A stretch of DNA of 19,628 nt from a virus (Duplodnaviria > Heunggongvirae > Uroviricota > Caudoviricetes): positions 1 through 19,628 of the IMG/VR virus record IMGVR_UViG_2711768070_000008; one strand, given 5' to 3'. Shown here in pieces: positions 1 through 8,028 of the stretch. Below the pieces are notes generated by a model, which ran no database searches, was not told where the DNA came from, and worked only from the letters and a program-made list of their open reading frames with translations. The translations under genes and the position numbers were made by a program. The first letter of the stretch is position 1; the number at the start of each line of letters is the position of its first letter.

Positions 1-518
1 TCCGGACAGGCAACTTTTACCACCTCCCTGACTTTTTTCCATTCCTCCCAGTAAGACGGATACACGCCTTTTGTGCACTTTGCCCACACTGGCGGCTTAC
101 CATCCGGATACTGGATCTTGTTTGTAAAAACCTCGCTTTCAATAAATTTTTTTCCGTGACAACAGGGGCACTGTTTTTTGCTCGCCGCGCTACGGGCATA
201 ATCTTCAAACGCATACGAAGCCATAATACGCATCACTGCCGGTTTTATTTCTGCCGGGAGTTTTCTTAACGCCGCCACGCGATCACACCGACTGAGTGCA
301 TATTCTGTCAGCAATTCTGTTGCCCGCTCTCTGTCATTCATACTAATGCCCATTTTCCCAAGGAACGCAGAAAACCCCATCTCAGCCCAATTCTGTGTCA
401 TGCCCTGCGCAGCCATCACATCAGTGATACTCAGCGTATCTTTCGACGTTGAGGCCGATGCATCAGTCAGGCCGGGGGATTTTGGGGAGTAGTATTTCGG
501 TAAATCTTCCAGTTTCAT
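1..518 (-). CDS. Phage antitermination protein Q-like (Q82/QuuQ type), partial; C-terminus lies beyond the window edge
   Basis: Uninterrupted minus-strand frame from ATG at 518 to the window edge (172 codons); ATGA start/stop overlap with rusA; CPCC...C cysteine cluster; position downstream of rusA as in lambdoid phages. Absent from the ORF track because it has no stop in the window. Confidence 0.55.
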   Translation of the reverse strand, partial: MKLEDLPKYYSPKSPGLTDASASTSKDTLSITDVMAAQGMTQNWAEMGFSAFLGKMGISMNDRERATELLTEYALSRCDRVAALRKLPAEIKPAVMRIMASYAFEDYARSAASKKQCPCCHGKKFIESEVFTNKIQYPDGKPPVWAKCTKGVYPSYWEEWKKVREVVKVACP

Positions 519-889
519 TTTTTGACCTGCCCTTCAAGCATTATGGGGTAAATCTTCACCCCCAGACGTCCACCAGATACTGGCTGAGCACGAACGATAT
601 TGATTTCATCAAACTGCTCATCGTCCATTAGCAACCCCGCATGCGTCAGCGCATCCAGCGGCGCTTTCAGAATGTTGTCCAGGTCACGGCGGCGCTTATC
701 CGGTGGCTCGGCAATAATCTTTATCGCCAGCCTTCCGGACAGGCTTAATTTCAGCCGCTGCTGGCGAACAATAAGCGCCACAGCCCGGCGATAACGCTTT
801 CCCTCCTCCGAGATAAAATATGTGCTGCCACGGCGTCGCCAGTAAGTGTTCACCGTCGGCGGGTAAGGTAAAACCAAATCTATGAGCAT
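515..889 (-). CDS. rusA: Holliday junction resolvase RusA
   Basis: 124 aa; sequence recognisable as RusA family (PPTVNTYW..., DKRRRDLDN motif region); nin-region position. Confidence 0.9.
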   Translation of the reverse strand: MLIDLVLPYPPTVNTYWRRRGSTYFISEEGKRYRRAVALIVRQQRLKLSLSGRLAIKIIAEPPDKRRRDLDNILKAPLDALTHAGLLMDDEQFDEINIVRAQPVSGGRLGVKIYPIMLEGQVKK

Positions 890-901
890 CAGTCACCTCT
901 T

Positions 902-1951
902 TTACCCAAGCACGCCAGTTGCAAAGGCGTGATCAAGAAAACGAAAAATTAAATCAACCTGAGAACCATGCTTTTCTTCGAACGCCAGCGGATCCGCATG
1001 AAGCTCGTTGTGATGCTCCCGACACAGCGGTAGCGTGAAAATATCGTGAGATTTTGTCCCCATTCCGCCCTGACCATGACCAATCAGGTGATGGGGATCG
1101 TCGGCTGGCTTACCACAACACGCACACGGCTGTGTCTTCACCCAGCGAGTGTATTTCTCGTTAACCCAGCGGCGACGTTTAGGTCGTTTCATGAAAGATT
1201 CCGGAGACTCAGGATCAACGGCAATGCTGACCACCGTCTTTTCCTGTGGTGGGTTCTGTTGCTGGTGGGCGTGAGGCAGCGGCGCAAGATTTTTTGTGCG
1301 CTGTTTCAGTATGCTGGTGGCGGTCTGCTCTCCCGGTACGATGTCGCTTTCACGGTACATGGAGCGGATTTTTTCCGCACGCAACCCCAGCGAACGACGT
1401 AATACCGCTTCCGGTAGCGCGTCCGCCACCTGATTGCGGACCGCCCACCAGGATAATTCAGCCAGAGATAATTCACGCTCCTGCGTACCGCTTATTGCGT
1501 GACCGATGACGTCAATCATCCATGCTGACAGGTTTTGATGAGCAAGTTGCTCGAGTGATTCGGATGTCTGGTCACGCAGCTGGTTGTCGCAGTGCCAGCA
1601 CAACACCATTGCGCCGGTACCGTAACGGTGAATGACGGTTTCGCTGTGATGATAATCACCGTGTAGCCACTGGCAGGATTTCACGTGACGTAATAACCAG
1701 TCAGACAGTGCACCAGCGCCACCCGCAGCACGGCTCACCCGCTCATCGCTGAAAAATGGCAGTAGTGATTTATCTTCCGCCAGCGGCTGGTGAACGGCAG
1801 GTACAACCCCGGACGGCAGAGCTCGCATGCTTTTTGGTTCCGGCTCCACCAGTATTCTGCCGTTATGGAATGCTGACATTGATTCACGGCCTGGCTTAAC
1901 GATAACCAGACCGAGTTCCGGTACCAGAACAGGTCGAAGTAATACCCGCAC
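902..1951 (-). CDS. DUF968 (YdfU-like) phage protein with C-terminal HNH-like Cys/His motif
   Basis: 349 aa; GTG start preceded by GGAGG; C-terminus CACCGKPADDPHHL...LCREHHNELH resembles an HNH/zinc-binding nuclease motif; family assignment from memory. Confidence 0.7.
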   Translation of the reverse strand: MRVLLRPVLVPELGLVIVKPGRESMSAFHNGRILVEPEPKSMRALPSGVVPAVHQPLAEDKSLLPFFSDERVSRAAGGAGALSDWLLRHVKSCQWLHGDYHHSETVIHRYGTGAMVLCWHCDNQLRDQTSESLEQLAHQNLSAWMIDVIGHAISGTQERELSLAELSWWAVRNQVADALPEAVLRRSLGLRAEKIRSMYRESDIVPGEQTATSILKQRTKNLAPLPHAHQQQNPPQEKTVVSIAVDPESPESFMKRPKRRRWVNEKYTRWVKTQPCACCGKPADDPHHLIGHGQGGMGTKSHDIFTLPLCREHHNELHADPLAFEEKHGSQVDLIFRFLDHAFATGVLG

Positions 1952-1952
1952 A

Positions 1953-2231
1953 TTACCTCCAGATCCGTTGCTGGAATGTGCGGGACGGACGCGGTGGCCG
2001 TTCGGAGTAAGGGAGCCTGACGGAGATTATCCAGTGACGGTAGTCGAGGCTAAGGGCTTTTTTAACCTCGCATCCGCGCCTGCGGTAACACTGAATGAGC
2101 CATTCGGCCTGTTCTTCAGTGCATGGGGGATGCTGGTACCAGTCAGATTTGAATGCGTGAAAACACCGTCCGCGCCTGCTGGCAAAGACGGCAGAATCAT
2201 CAGAATTGTATAATTTGGTATCGTGCGCCAT
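1953..2231 (-). CDS. Small nin-region hypothetical protein (Rem-like position)
   Basis: Track ORF 1953..2312 trimmed to the internal ATG at 2231, because the longer N-terminus would run up to the terminator hairpin at 2302..2330. Confidence 0.5.
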   Translation of the reverse strand: MAHDTKLYNSDDSAVFASRRGRCFHAFKSDWYQHPPCTEEQAEWLIQCYRRRGCEVKKALSLDYRHWIISVRLPYSERPPRPSRTFQQRIWR

Positions 2232-2301
2232 CGGTTGTCTCTGCTGGCGCAGCAGGTGCCAGTTGTTCAGGCTGGCGTGCGAATTGTAAACCAGAATGCC
2301 A

Positions 2302-2330
2302 GGAAAAAACAAAACCCGCCGAAGCGGGTT
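2302..2330 (-). terminator. Rho-independent terminator downstream of hok
   Basis: Minus-strand hairpin AACCCGC-TTCG-GCGGGTT (2330..2313) followed by TTTTGTTTTTT (2312..2302). Confidence 0.7.
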
Positions 2331-2398
2331 AAGTGCGGGTGCGTTGAGGATGCCTGATTCATCAGAGGTGGCGAGGGATTTCTCCCTCGCCGGGTCTC

Positions 2399-2554
2399 TT
2401 ACTCCTCAGGTTCGTAAGCTGTGAAGACAGCGACCTCCGTCTGGCCGGTTCGGATTCGTACCTCGCAGAGGTCTTTCCTCGTTACCAGTGCCGTCACTAT
2501 GACGGTGATACAGATGACGATCAGGGCGATTAACATCGCCTTTTGCTGCTTCAT
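2399..2554 (-). CDS. hokD: Hok family type I toxin (HokD/RelF-like), 51 aa
   Basis: Sequence MKQQKAMLIALIVICITVIVTALVTRKDLCEVRIRTGQTEVAVFTAYEPEE is a textbook Hok peptide; AAGGAG RBS 9 nt upstream of the ATG at 2554; track ORF 2399..2611 includes a spurious in-frame N-terminal extension. Confidence 0.9.
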   Translation of the reverse strand: MKQQKAMLIALIVICITVIVTALVTRKDLCEVRIRTGQTEVAVFTAYEPEE

Positions 2555-2720
2555 AGCCTGCTTCTCCTTGCCTTTCGGCGCGTAAGAGGCTAACCTACAT
2601 ATGTCTAGCATGAAATTGGCCTCAGATTAATGTTAGGCGTCTTGCAGGACGCGTAATGTTAACTGGGGCTTTTCTCTGTCTGCCTTACGGTGGCATGCCC
2701 GAGGCAGACAGCCTCAAGCA
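2555..2720 (-). promoter_or_regulatory. Structured hok mRNA leader; possible mok/Sok antisense region
   Basis: Several stem-loops (e.g. CTGTCTGCC at 2676-2684 with GGCAGACAG at 2703-2711; GAGGC/GCCTC at 2701-2715) directly upstream of hok; no relBE genes present. Sok itself is not identified. Confidence 0.35.
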
Positions 2721-2769
2721 CCCGCAGCAATTCTACTTAACTCTCGCTTTACCGCAAACCGTTTTTACC

Positions 2770-2791
2770 CGATATGGGAATTCCCATATCG
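2770..2791. repeat. Perfect 22-bp palindrome CGATATGGGAATTCCCATATCG
   Basis: Read directly from the sequence; lies 9 bp beyond the stop of the 34-codon ORF; no U-tract on either strand. Confidence 0.8.
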
Positions 2792-2799
2792 TAATGAAT

Positions 2800-2904
2800 T
2801 CAGTTCCCTAGTCGATCCATCAAAAACACAACCAGGCAGTAAACGCCCACAACAGCAATAACAGCCAGAGCACCTTCCATTGCCAGTGAAATATCATCCG
2901 ACAT
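2800..2904 (-). CDS. Candidate 34-aa hydrophobic small protein (MSDDISLAMEGALAVIAVVGVYCLVVFLMDRLGN)
   Basis: ATG at 2904 preceded by AGGAGGG at 5-nt spacing; one predicted transmembrane helix; below the 60-aa cutoff of the ORF track. Confidence 0.45.
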   Translation of the reverse strand: MSDDISLAMEGALAVIAVVGVYCLVVFLMDRLGN

Positions 2905-3019
2905 ATTCCCTCCTTTGGTGTGAATCCCGGCGAACGTTTTTACCCCCACCGACAAATAACATATACTAAAAAATCAATAGCTATAGCAACGCCTGTAATT
3001 GCAAAGGCTTCAGGCCAGA

Positions 3020-3604
3020 TCATTGGCGCACCTCCTGCGGCGGTTCTGGTAGCGGCATCCAGTCGGTTACATTGCGGCTCTGTGTTTCGAAAAATTCATC
3101 ACCATTACGGACTACATCAAAAAACTCACCGTCTCGATATTGCGCATAAAGAACGAATGCGCCATCACATAAAATAATTACGTGCTGACCATCATCCGGC
3201 ATTCGCTCACTACAGCTTATCCAACCATCCGGAGTTACCGGATAGTTGGTTGACGTTTCCGAGATTTCCCGAAAATTATTGGTTGACGAACCCTTATTTT
3301 CCCGAAAGTTTCCAGCCTGAAGCATGGCGGCGCTGTCTGGCGGGGCAGCATATAGCGGCACGTATATTTCCGGTTCCTTATCAGCACCGGGTTGCTCTTC
3401 CAGTGAGAATGTCTTTCCGGTAAATCGATTCATATAAAGCACGGGCTCTGCTTCCAGCGAAGCCTGAGCAACAAGGGCCAGTGCTAAATCCAACTCAATT
3501 GCCTCGAGAGAATTTTTGAATACTGTCTGTTTTACTGCAAATTTCATCGCCTTTACATTTTCACTAACATGACTGATTAACTGCTCTTTTGTAAAAGTGG
3601 TCAT
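3020..3604 (-). CDS. DUF551-like phage protein
   Basis: C-terminal DGWISCSERMPDDG...DWMPLPEPP motif typical of DUF551; start moved to ATG at 3604 (AAGGAG RBS) from the GTG at 3664. Confidence 0.7.
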   Translation of the reverse strand: MTTFTKEQLISHVSENVKAMKFAVKQTVFKNSLEAIELDLALALVAQASLEAEPVLYMNRFTGKTFSLEEQPGADKEPEIYVPLYAAPPDSAAMLQAGNFRENKGSSTNNFREISETSTNYPVTPDGWISCSERMPDDGQHVIILCDGAFVLYAQYRDGEFFDVVRNGDEFFETQSRNVTDWMPLPEPPQEVRQ

Positions 3605-3660
3605 CTCATTCTCCTTTGATGCGAATGCCAGCGACAATTGAAGCCTGATAGCTAATTCAC

Positions 3661-4056
3661 TCACAGTACCGCCTCCTGAAAATTGCCCTGATAGAACGCC
3701 AGTACACGCAGCATAACTTCACTCTTCCGGCACTCGCCACAGATTATGTTCTGTTGTCTGTCGTAGCGGCGTATTTCTCCGTCTGGTAACTTTCGAATCA
3801 ATGTCTGGTCGGTTGCTTTCTCCGCTGCCTTACGCCATACGCGATACACCTGTTCTGATGTAAAAACACCGTATTTACCGGGCATGTATAAATCGCCACA
3901 AGCCAGTACATCCACAAGGCAACGTCTGACTGAATGCCAGCCTGCTCCCGTCGCTCTCTCCAGTTGTGATATCGTCATGCGTTCATTTTTGCGTACCAGC
4001 CCGATAATTCGGGCCTTCAGTTCTTCACGCTGTTCGTGTGTAAAAGGTTTCGCCAT
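3661..4056 (-). CDS. Hypothetical phage early protein, 131 aa
   Basis: ATG at 4056 with GGAGG RBS; fits the gap between flanking same-strand genes; no recognised family. Confidence 0.55.
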   Translation of the reverse strand: MAKPFTHEQREELKARIIGLVRKNERMTISQLERATGAGWHSVRRCLVDVLACGDLYMPGKYGVFTSEQVYRVWRKAAEKATDQTLIRKLPDGEIRRYDRQQNIICGECRKSEVMLRVLAFYQGNFQEAVL

Positions 4057-4071
4057 AAGCGCCTCCGGCTA

Positions 4072-4842
4072 TCACTTTTCCGATACAACACGGCGGGAAG
4101 AATCAGTAATCTGTCGAACAATATCCCGGTGCTTGTTCAGCTCCCGCAGCGCGGCGCAGACTCGCTCCCACTTCTGAACATCACTTTTCGCCCTGCGCAG
4201 CGCCAGGTTTGCCCTGCGCAGGGACGGAAAAATCAGCTCATCTGCTTGCGTTTCGGTAAACGATAGCAACGGCTGCACAATGTCCGCCACAGTTTCTGTT
4301 TTAATTTCTTCCTGTGTTGCGGCTTCCCGGACTGGTAACGCAGCACCTGCTGGCTGAGGAAAGGCCTTACCATCATTTTTCGTTACCGGCGCGGCTTTCG
4401 GATCTGCTGGTAAATTACCCCCCGACATGCAGTAACGAAATTTACCGTTCTGATTAACGCGTGCCAGCCGCCCCGTTGCGGTTACCACCGCCAGCGTGGA
4501 AGCAACCTTGCGAGTACTGACGCCGAACTTACCCGCCAGTTCCTCACACGTTTTAGCACCATCCTGACCGATAAACTCAACCATCATGTCTGCGGTAACT
4601 TTTGGAGCGACCTCTTCGGTTACCACATCCGGCGCTTCAGGTTGTAGTGCCTGCCCTTCGGTTACCCCGGCTTCACCTTCGACAGCCAGAAACCAGGTGT
4701 GACCCGTTTTATCAACAACGCCATTTTTTTTGAGTTCCCACAGTTCGTTAAGAACTTCTTCACGGCTGATATCAAGCCGCGCCGCCAGTTCAACAGAATT
4801 GGCTTTTCCCATCGCTTTCAGTGCATGCAATACAGTTTCCAT
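4072..4842 (-). CDS. Hypothetical phage early protein, 256 aa (possibly DUF1627-like with N-terminal winged helix)
   Basis: Operon context; N-terminal segment looks like a wHTH, followed by a low-complexity Ala/Pro/Glu-rich linker; family assignment is tentative. Confidence 0.65.
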   Translation of the reverse strand: METVLHALKAMGKANSVELAARLDISREEVLNELWELKKNGVVDKTGHTWFLAVEGEAGVTEGQALQPEAPDVVTEEVAPKVTADMMVEFIGQDGAKTCEELAGKFGVSTRKVASTLAVVTATGRLARVNQNGKFRYCMSGGNLPADPKAAPVTKNDGKAFPQPAGAALPVREAATQEEIKTETVADIVQPLLSFTETQADELIFPSLRRANLALRRAKSDVQKWERVCAALRELNKHRDIVRQITDSSRRVVSEK

Positions 4843-4867
4843 CGAAAATTTACCTCGTCAAAAATTC

Positions 4868-5608
4868 TCACATACCCTGACATCCAACGTTTGACCGCCA
4901 GCTCTCCCAGTTAAAATTCACCCAACGACCACCATTCATGGTCATACGGTCCATCACCCGATCTCCGAGGAGTGTGCTCATCGCTGCGTGATTCAGGTTC
5001 GTCAGCATTCCGACACTACGCATCGAAGCCGTTCTGCGGTCGACTATCTGGTTCAGCGTGACCTGCTCGTTGCGCGTATCCCGCTGCATGCCAATTTCAT
5101 CAAGGACCAGAAGGTCAACTCCACAAAGCTCCTGTAAAAATTTTTCCCCGGACTGGCCGTTGTCGTAGCCGTCATGCAACACGCTCATGACATCGGACAC
5201 GGTGACGATAATCACGCTTCTCCCCTTCGCCATCAGCCGATTGCCAATCGCTGCTGCCAGGTGATTTTTACCGGTACCAGGTTTACCGCTGAACACGAAG
5301 TTTGTACATCCGGTCATCAATTCATCGGCAATGGATTTCGCCTGGCTCAGAGCATGGCGCTGACCGTCGTTCTGCACCCGGTAGTTCCCGAATGAGCACT
5401 TCCTGTGAAGCGGCTGGATGCCCGCACGGTTCAGGATTTTTTCAACCCGCACCTGATGATTCAGGCGGTTAATCTCCTCGCTGCGTTTTCGTCCTTCAGC
5501 AAGTTGCCATTCCCGCCACTCCTCCACCGTCCGGTACGGTGGAACCGCCCCCTGTGGTGCAAGTCTGCGAATACGTTCAAGAACCCCAACTGCCGCAATG
5601 TTTTTCAT
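4868..5608 (-). CDS. DnaC/IstB-like AAA+ replication protein (helicase loader; Rac YdaV-like)
   Basis: Walker A GKPGTGKNHLAAAIG and Walker B LLVLDEIG; immediately downstream of the O-like gene. Confidence 0.9.
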   Translation of the reverse strand: MKNIAAVGVLERIRRLAPQGAVPPYRTVEEWREWQLAEGRKRSEEINRLNHQVRVEKILNRAGIQPLHRKCSFGNYRVQNDGQRHALSQAKSIADELMTGCTNFVFSGKPGTGKNHLAAAIGNRLMAKGRSVIIVTVSDVMSVLHDGYDNGQSGEKFLQELCGVDLLVLDEIGMQRDTRNEQVTLNQIVDRRTASMRSVGMLTNLNHAAMSTLLGDRVMDRMTMNGGRWVNFNWESWRSNVGCQGM

Positions 5609-5614
5609 GACACG

Positions 5615-6577
5615 TCACCCCCTGAATCCCGGCGGTATTTCAGTGTCCGGTTCAGAAATGTGATTCACGCAACGCTGCGCAGGCGAACGCCCCAGGCGGA
5701 TAACCAGTTCATCCCATTTTTCCCGGAGTTTTGCCGGACTCATGATGTTTTTTACCCAGAACGAATCCCGCTGGAGACGCCCAAACATTTCACAAATTTG
5801 TCTGTGAGTTCTGCCATCCAGCATCCGCATTGTGCGAACGTCATTGGCCCATGCTGTCCAGTTGGGTTCTTTCGGTCTAGTGATCTCGCCATCATAGCTG
5901 GCCGCCTGCTCGTAAAGACTCACGATTCGTCCCCAGATCCACTGTGCGCACACCAAATCTTCCTGACTTCCCCACTGGCGTTTTTTCGCACTGAACACAA
6001 CCGCGTCAGGGTGTCGGGTTAAAAAATCCTGTTCAGCCGTCTGCGGGTCCGGTTGCGAAGCGTCCGGACAAGAAGATCTTTTATCTGACGGATCAGGTTT
6101 TAATACTGACGGATCGGGGTCAATCATCGCCCCCCTAATCGGCAGTTTTTTATCAACAGTTGATCCATCAAAATTTGACGGGTCAACCGTTGAGGGGGCA
6201 ATATTTGACGGGTCAACTGTTAACTGGTCATTTTTTGCCGGGCTAATTTTTCTTTTCGGTTTATATGACTCACGCGCCGCCGCAGCTGCTGCTTCGAGTT
6301 TTTCCACATTAAGCCGATAGATATTGCTTACATTACGCCCACCGACCTTACGCTCTTCCTTCGTCAGCCAGCCCTCTTTCGCCAGTTCTGCAATAGCCGA
6401 TTTCACTGTGGATTCACTTCTTGCACCGATCTGACGCCGGATAGTTTCAATGGCAGGCCATGACACACCCTCGTCATTGCTGTAGTCTGCAAGACGGGCC
6501 ATAACCGCCACCCTGGATAAGATCATGCCGGTGAAGGCGCACCCTTCCCAGACAAGACCATGAAGCTTGCTGCTCAT
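5615..6577 (-). CDS. Replication initiator with lambda O-like architecture (Rac YdaU-like)
   Basis: N-terminal domain, then a repeat-containing linker (TVDPSN x2, DPDPS/KPDPSD) encoded by DNA iterons, then a C-terminal domain; start placed at ATG 6577 rather than GTG 6592. Confidence 0.75.
   Translation of the reverse strand: MSSKLHGLVWEGCAFTGMILSRVAVMARLADYSNDEGVSWPAIETIRRQIGARSESTVKSAIAELAKEGWLTKEERKVGGRNVSNIYRLNVEKLEAAAAAARESYKPKRKISPAKNDQLTVDPSNIAPSTVDPSNFDGSTVDKKLPIRGAMIDPDPSVLKPDPSDKRSSCPDASQPDPQTAEQDFLTRHPDAVVFSAKKRQWGSQEDLVCAQWIWGRIVSLYEQAASYDGEITRPKEPNWTAWANDVRTMRMLDGRTHRQICEMFGRLQRDSFWVKNIMSPAKLREKWDELVIRLGRSPAQRCVNHISEPDTEIPPGFRG
6085..6223. repeat. Iteron array (YTGACGGRTC-type direct repeats), putative prophage replication origin inside the O-like gene
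   Basis: CTGACGGATC at 6085 and 6106; TTGACGGGTCAAC at 6175 and 6205; palindrome ATCAACAGTTGAT at 6152-6164; adjacent AT-rich tract 6229-6272. Confidence 0.65.
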
Positions 6578-6599
6578 AAAACCCCCGAACACCGTGCTT

Positions 6600-7025
6600 T
6601 TAGTGCATCACCACAGCATTCCCTGCCGGGCCGCCGCGATTCATCTGGTCATACAAAACAACCGCTGACGCAACAAAATCGTCGACATCCTTCACCAGCC
6701 GATCCCGCCGTTCGACAATCTCCCGGTAATACTCAGAGCTGTGACTGCGCATACGGGCTACCAGCAGAGGCGGCATTGCCTTTTCGATCGCCGGTAACAG
6801 AGCCTGAATTTTTTCAACAGCATCAGGGGTGTCTTTATCCAGCCAACGGAAAATTTTCTGTGTATTACGGGCCAGGGCTTCCGGATGGCTGTCGTCGTAC
6901 AGTTCAGGGAACGTCATCCCCAGTTCGAAATAAGTCCGGGCTATTTCAGCTGCAGGAACTTTCTCACCATCAGGGTATGCCCAGGCATTCATCGCCATGC
7001 GGATGTGCTCATGTTTGATTTTCAT
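6600..7025 (-). CDS. YdaT-like protein (Rac-type, CII-position regulator/toxin family)
   Basis: 141 aa; N-terminus MKIKHEHI... as recalled for Rac YdaT; overlaps the cro-like gene by 17 nt. Confidence 0.7.
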   Translation of the reverse strand: MKIKHEHIRMAMNAWAYPDGEKVPAAEIARTYFELGMTFPELYDDSHPEALARNTQKIFRWLDKDTPDAVEKIQALLPAIEKAMPPLLVARMRSHSSEYYREIVERRDRLVKDVDDFVASAVVLYDQMNRGGPAGNAVVMH

Positions 7026-7332
7026 GAATCATTTGCCTCTTGATGCTTCGGGTATGATCGTTTTCGTCATTTGGTTGCTTCATCGACATATTCTGCGAAT
7101 AACATGACGAGCGTCGTAAGTATGTCCAATCAACATCAGGACGAAGTTCTTCACACAGGACACCACCTTTTGTTGCTCGTTCAATCGCAGGACATCTCTC
7201 AGCAGGCAACTGACGTACACCTTTGATCCATTGATTTACGCTTGGAGGAGATACACCTAAAAGCCTAGCCATTGCTGATTGCCCACCGACAACAGCACAA
7301 GCTCGTTTGAATGAATAGTTATCTTTTTTCAT
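7009..7332 (-). CDS. Cro-like HTH regulator (YdaS-like)
   Basis: Start at ATG 7332 (GGAG RBS) rather than track start 7353; HTH region ...QSAMARLLGVSPPSVNQWIKG...; divergent from the repressor gene. Confidence 0.75.
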   Translation of the reverse strand: MKKDNYSFKRACAVVGGQSAMARLLGVSPPSVNQWIKGVRQLPAERCPAIERATKGGVLCEELRPDVDWTYLRRSSCYSQNMSMKQPNDENDHTRSIKRQMIHENQT

Positions 7333-7359
7333 CGAATGAACTCCAAAAAACACGCAACA

Positions 7360-7427
7360 ATATTAGGCTTAGCCTAATACAATTATCAATAGGCTATGCC
7401 TAACACATCGAGAGTAGGGATTGCCTA
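7360..7427. promoter_or_regulatory. Right operator/promoter region: three TAGGC-N3-GCCTA operators overlapping a leftward promoter
   Basis: Operators at 7364-7376, 7390-7402 and 7415-7427 (25-26 bp centre to centre); minus-strand -35 TTGATA (7389..7384) and -10 TAATAT (7365..7360) with an 18-bp spacer. Confidence 0.6.
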
Positions 7428-7456
7428 ACGCGATGCGCATAGGAGACTATTAAGCA

Positions 7457-7933
7457 ATGCTTAGTGGTAAAGACTTAGGCCGAGCGATAGAGCAGGCCAT
7501 TAACAAAAAAATTGCATCAGGAGCCGTCAAATCAAAGGCGGAAATCGCACGTCATTTCAAAGTCCAACCACCATCAATCCATGACTGGATTAAGAAAGGT
7601 TCGATAAGTAAAGACAAACTTCCAGAACTATGGCGTTTCTTTTCTGATGTGGTTGGTCCAGAGCATTGGGGGCTTAACGAATACCCCATACCAACCCCAT
7701 CCACTTCAGATACAAAAAGTGAACTTTTAGACATAAACAGCCTTTATCAAGCCGCCTCTGATGAAAAAAGAGCAATTGTGGCTTTCCTCTTATCTGGAAA
7801 TGCTACGGAGCCTAGTTGGGTTGATCATGACGTTCGCGCCTACATTGCCGCAATGGAAATGAAGGTAGCTAACTATCTGAAAAATCAAGAATCAAAACGG
7901 AAAAGCCAGAACATCACCAAGACAGGAACTTAA
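7457..7933 (+). CDS. Prophage repressor (CI-equivalent; RacR-like)
   Basis: 158 aa; N-terminal HTH (SKAEIARHFKVQPPSIHDWIK); AGGAG RBS; flanked on both sides by operator clusters. Confidence 0.8.
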   Translation: MLSGKDLGRAIEQAINKKIASGAVKSKAEIARHFKVQPPSIHDWIKKGSISKDKLPELWRFFSDVVGPEHWGLNEYPIPTPSTSDTKSELLDINSLYQAASDEKRAIVAFLLSGNATEPSWVDHDVRAYIAAMEMKVANYLKNQESKRKSQNITKTGT

Positions 7934-8028
7934 ACTTATATGGTCCGACGGGAAATTCCTAGTTCCCGTTAGTTAACTCCTACTACCTCTCCCACAAACC
8001 ATCACCTATTAGGTCGCGCCCAAATTAT

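Noticed and set aside
17-214. 65-aa minus-strand ORF from the track
   Set aside because: Lies in a different frame wholly inside the longer uninterrupted Q-like reading frame; no RBS.
2555-2611. In-frame N-terminal extension of hok (70-aa ORF in the track)
   Set aside because: The canonical Hok begins at MKQQKAM with an AAGGAG RBS; the extension would cover the leader structures.
2920-3177. 85-aa plus-strand ORF
   Set aside because: Overlaps the 3' end of the DUF551 gene on the opposite strand and lacks an RBS; the intergenic stretch 2905-3019 more likely holds a promoter for the small minus-strand ORF.
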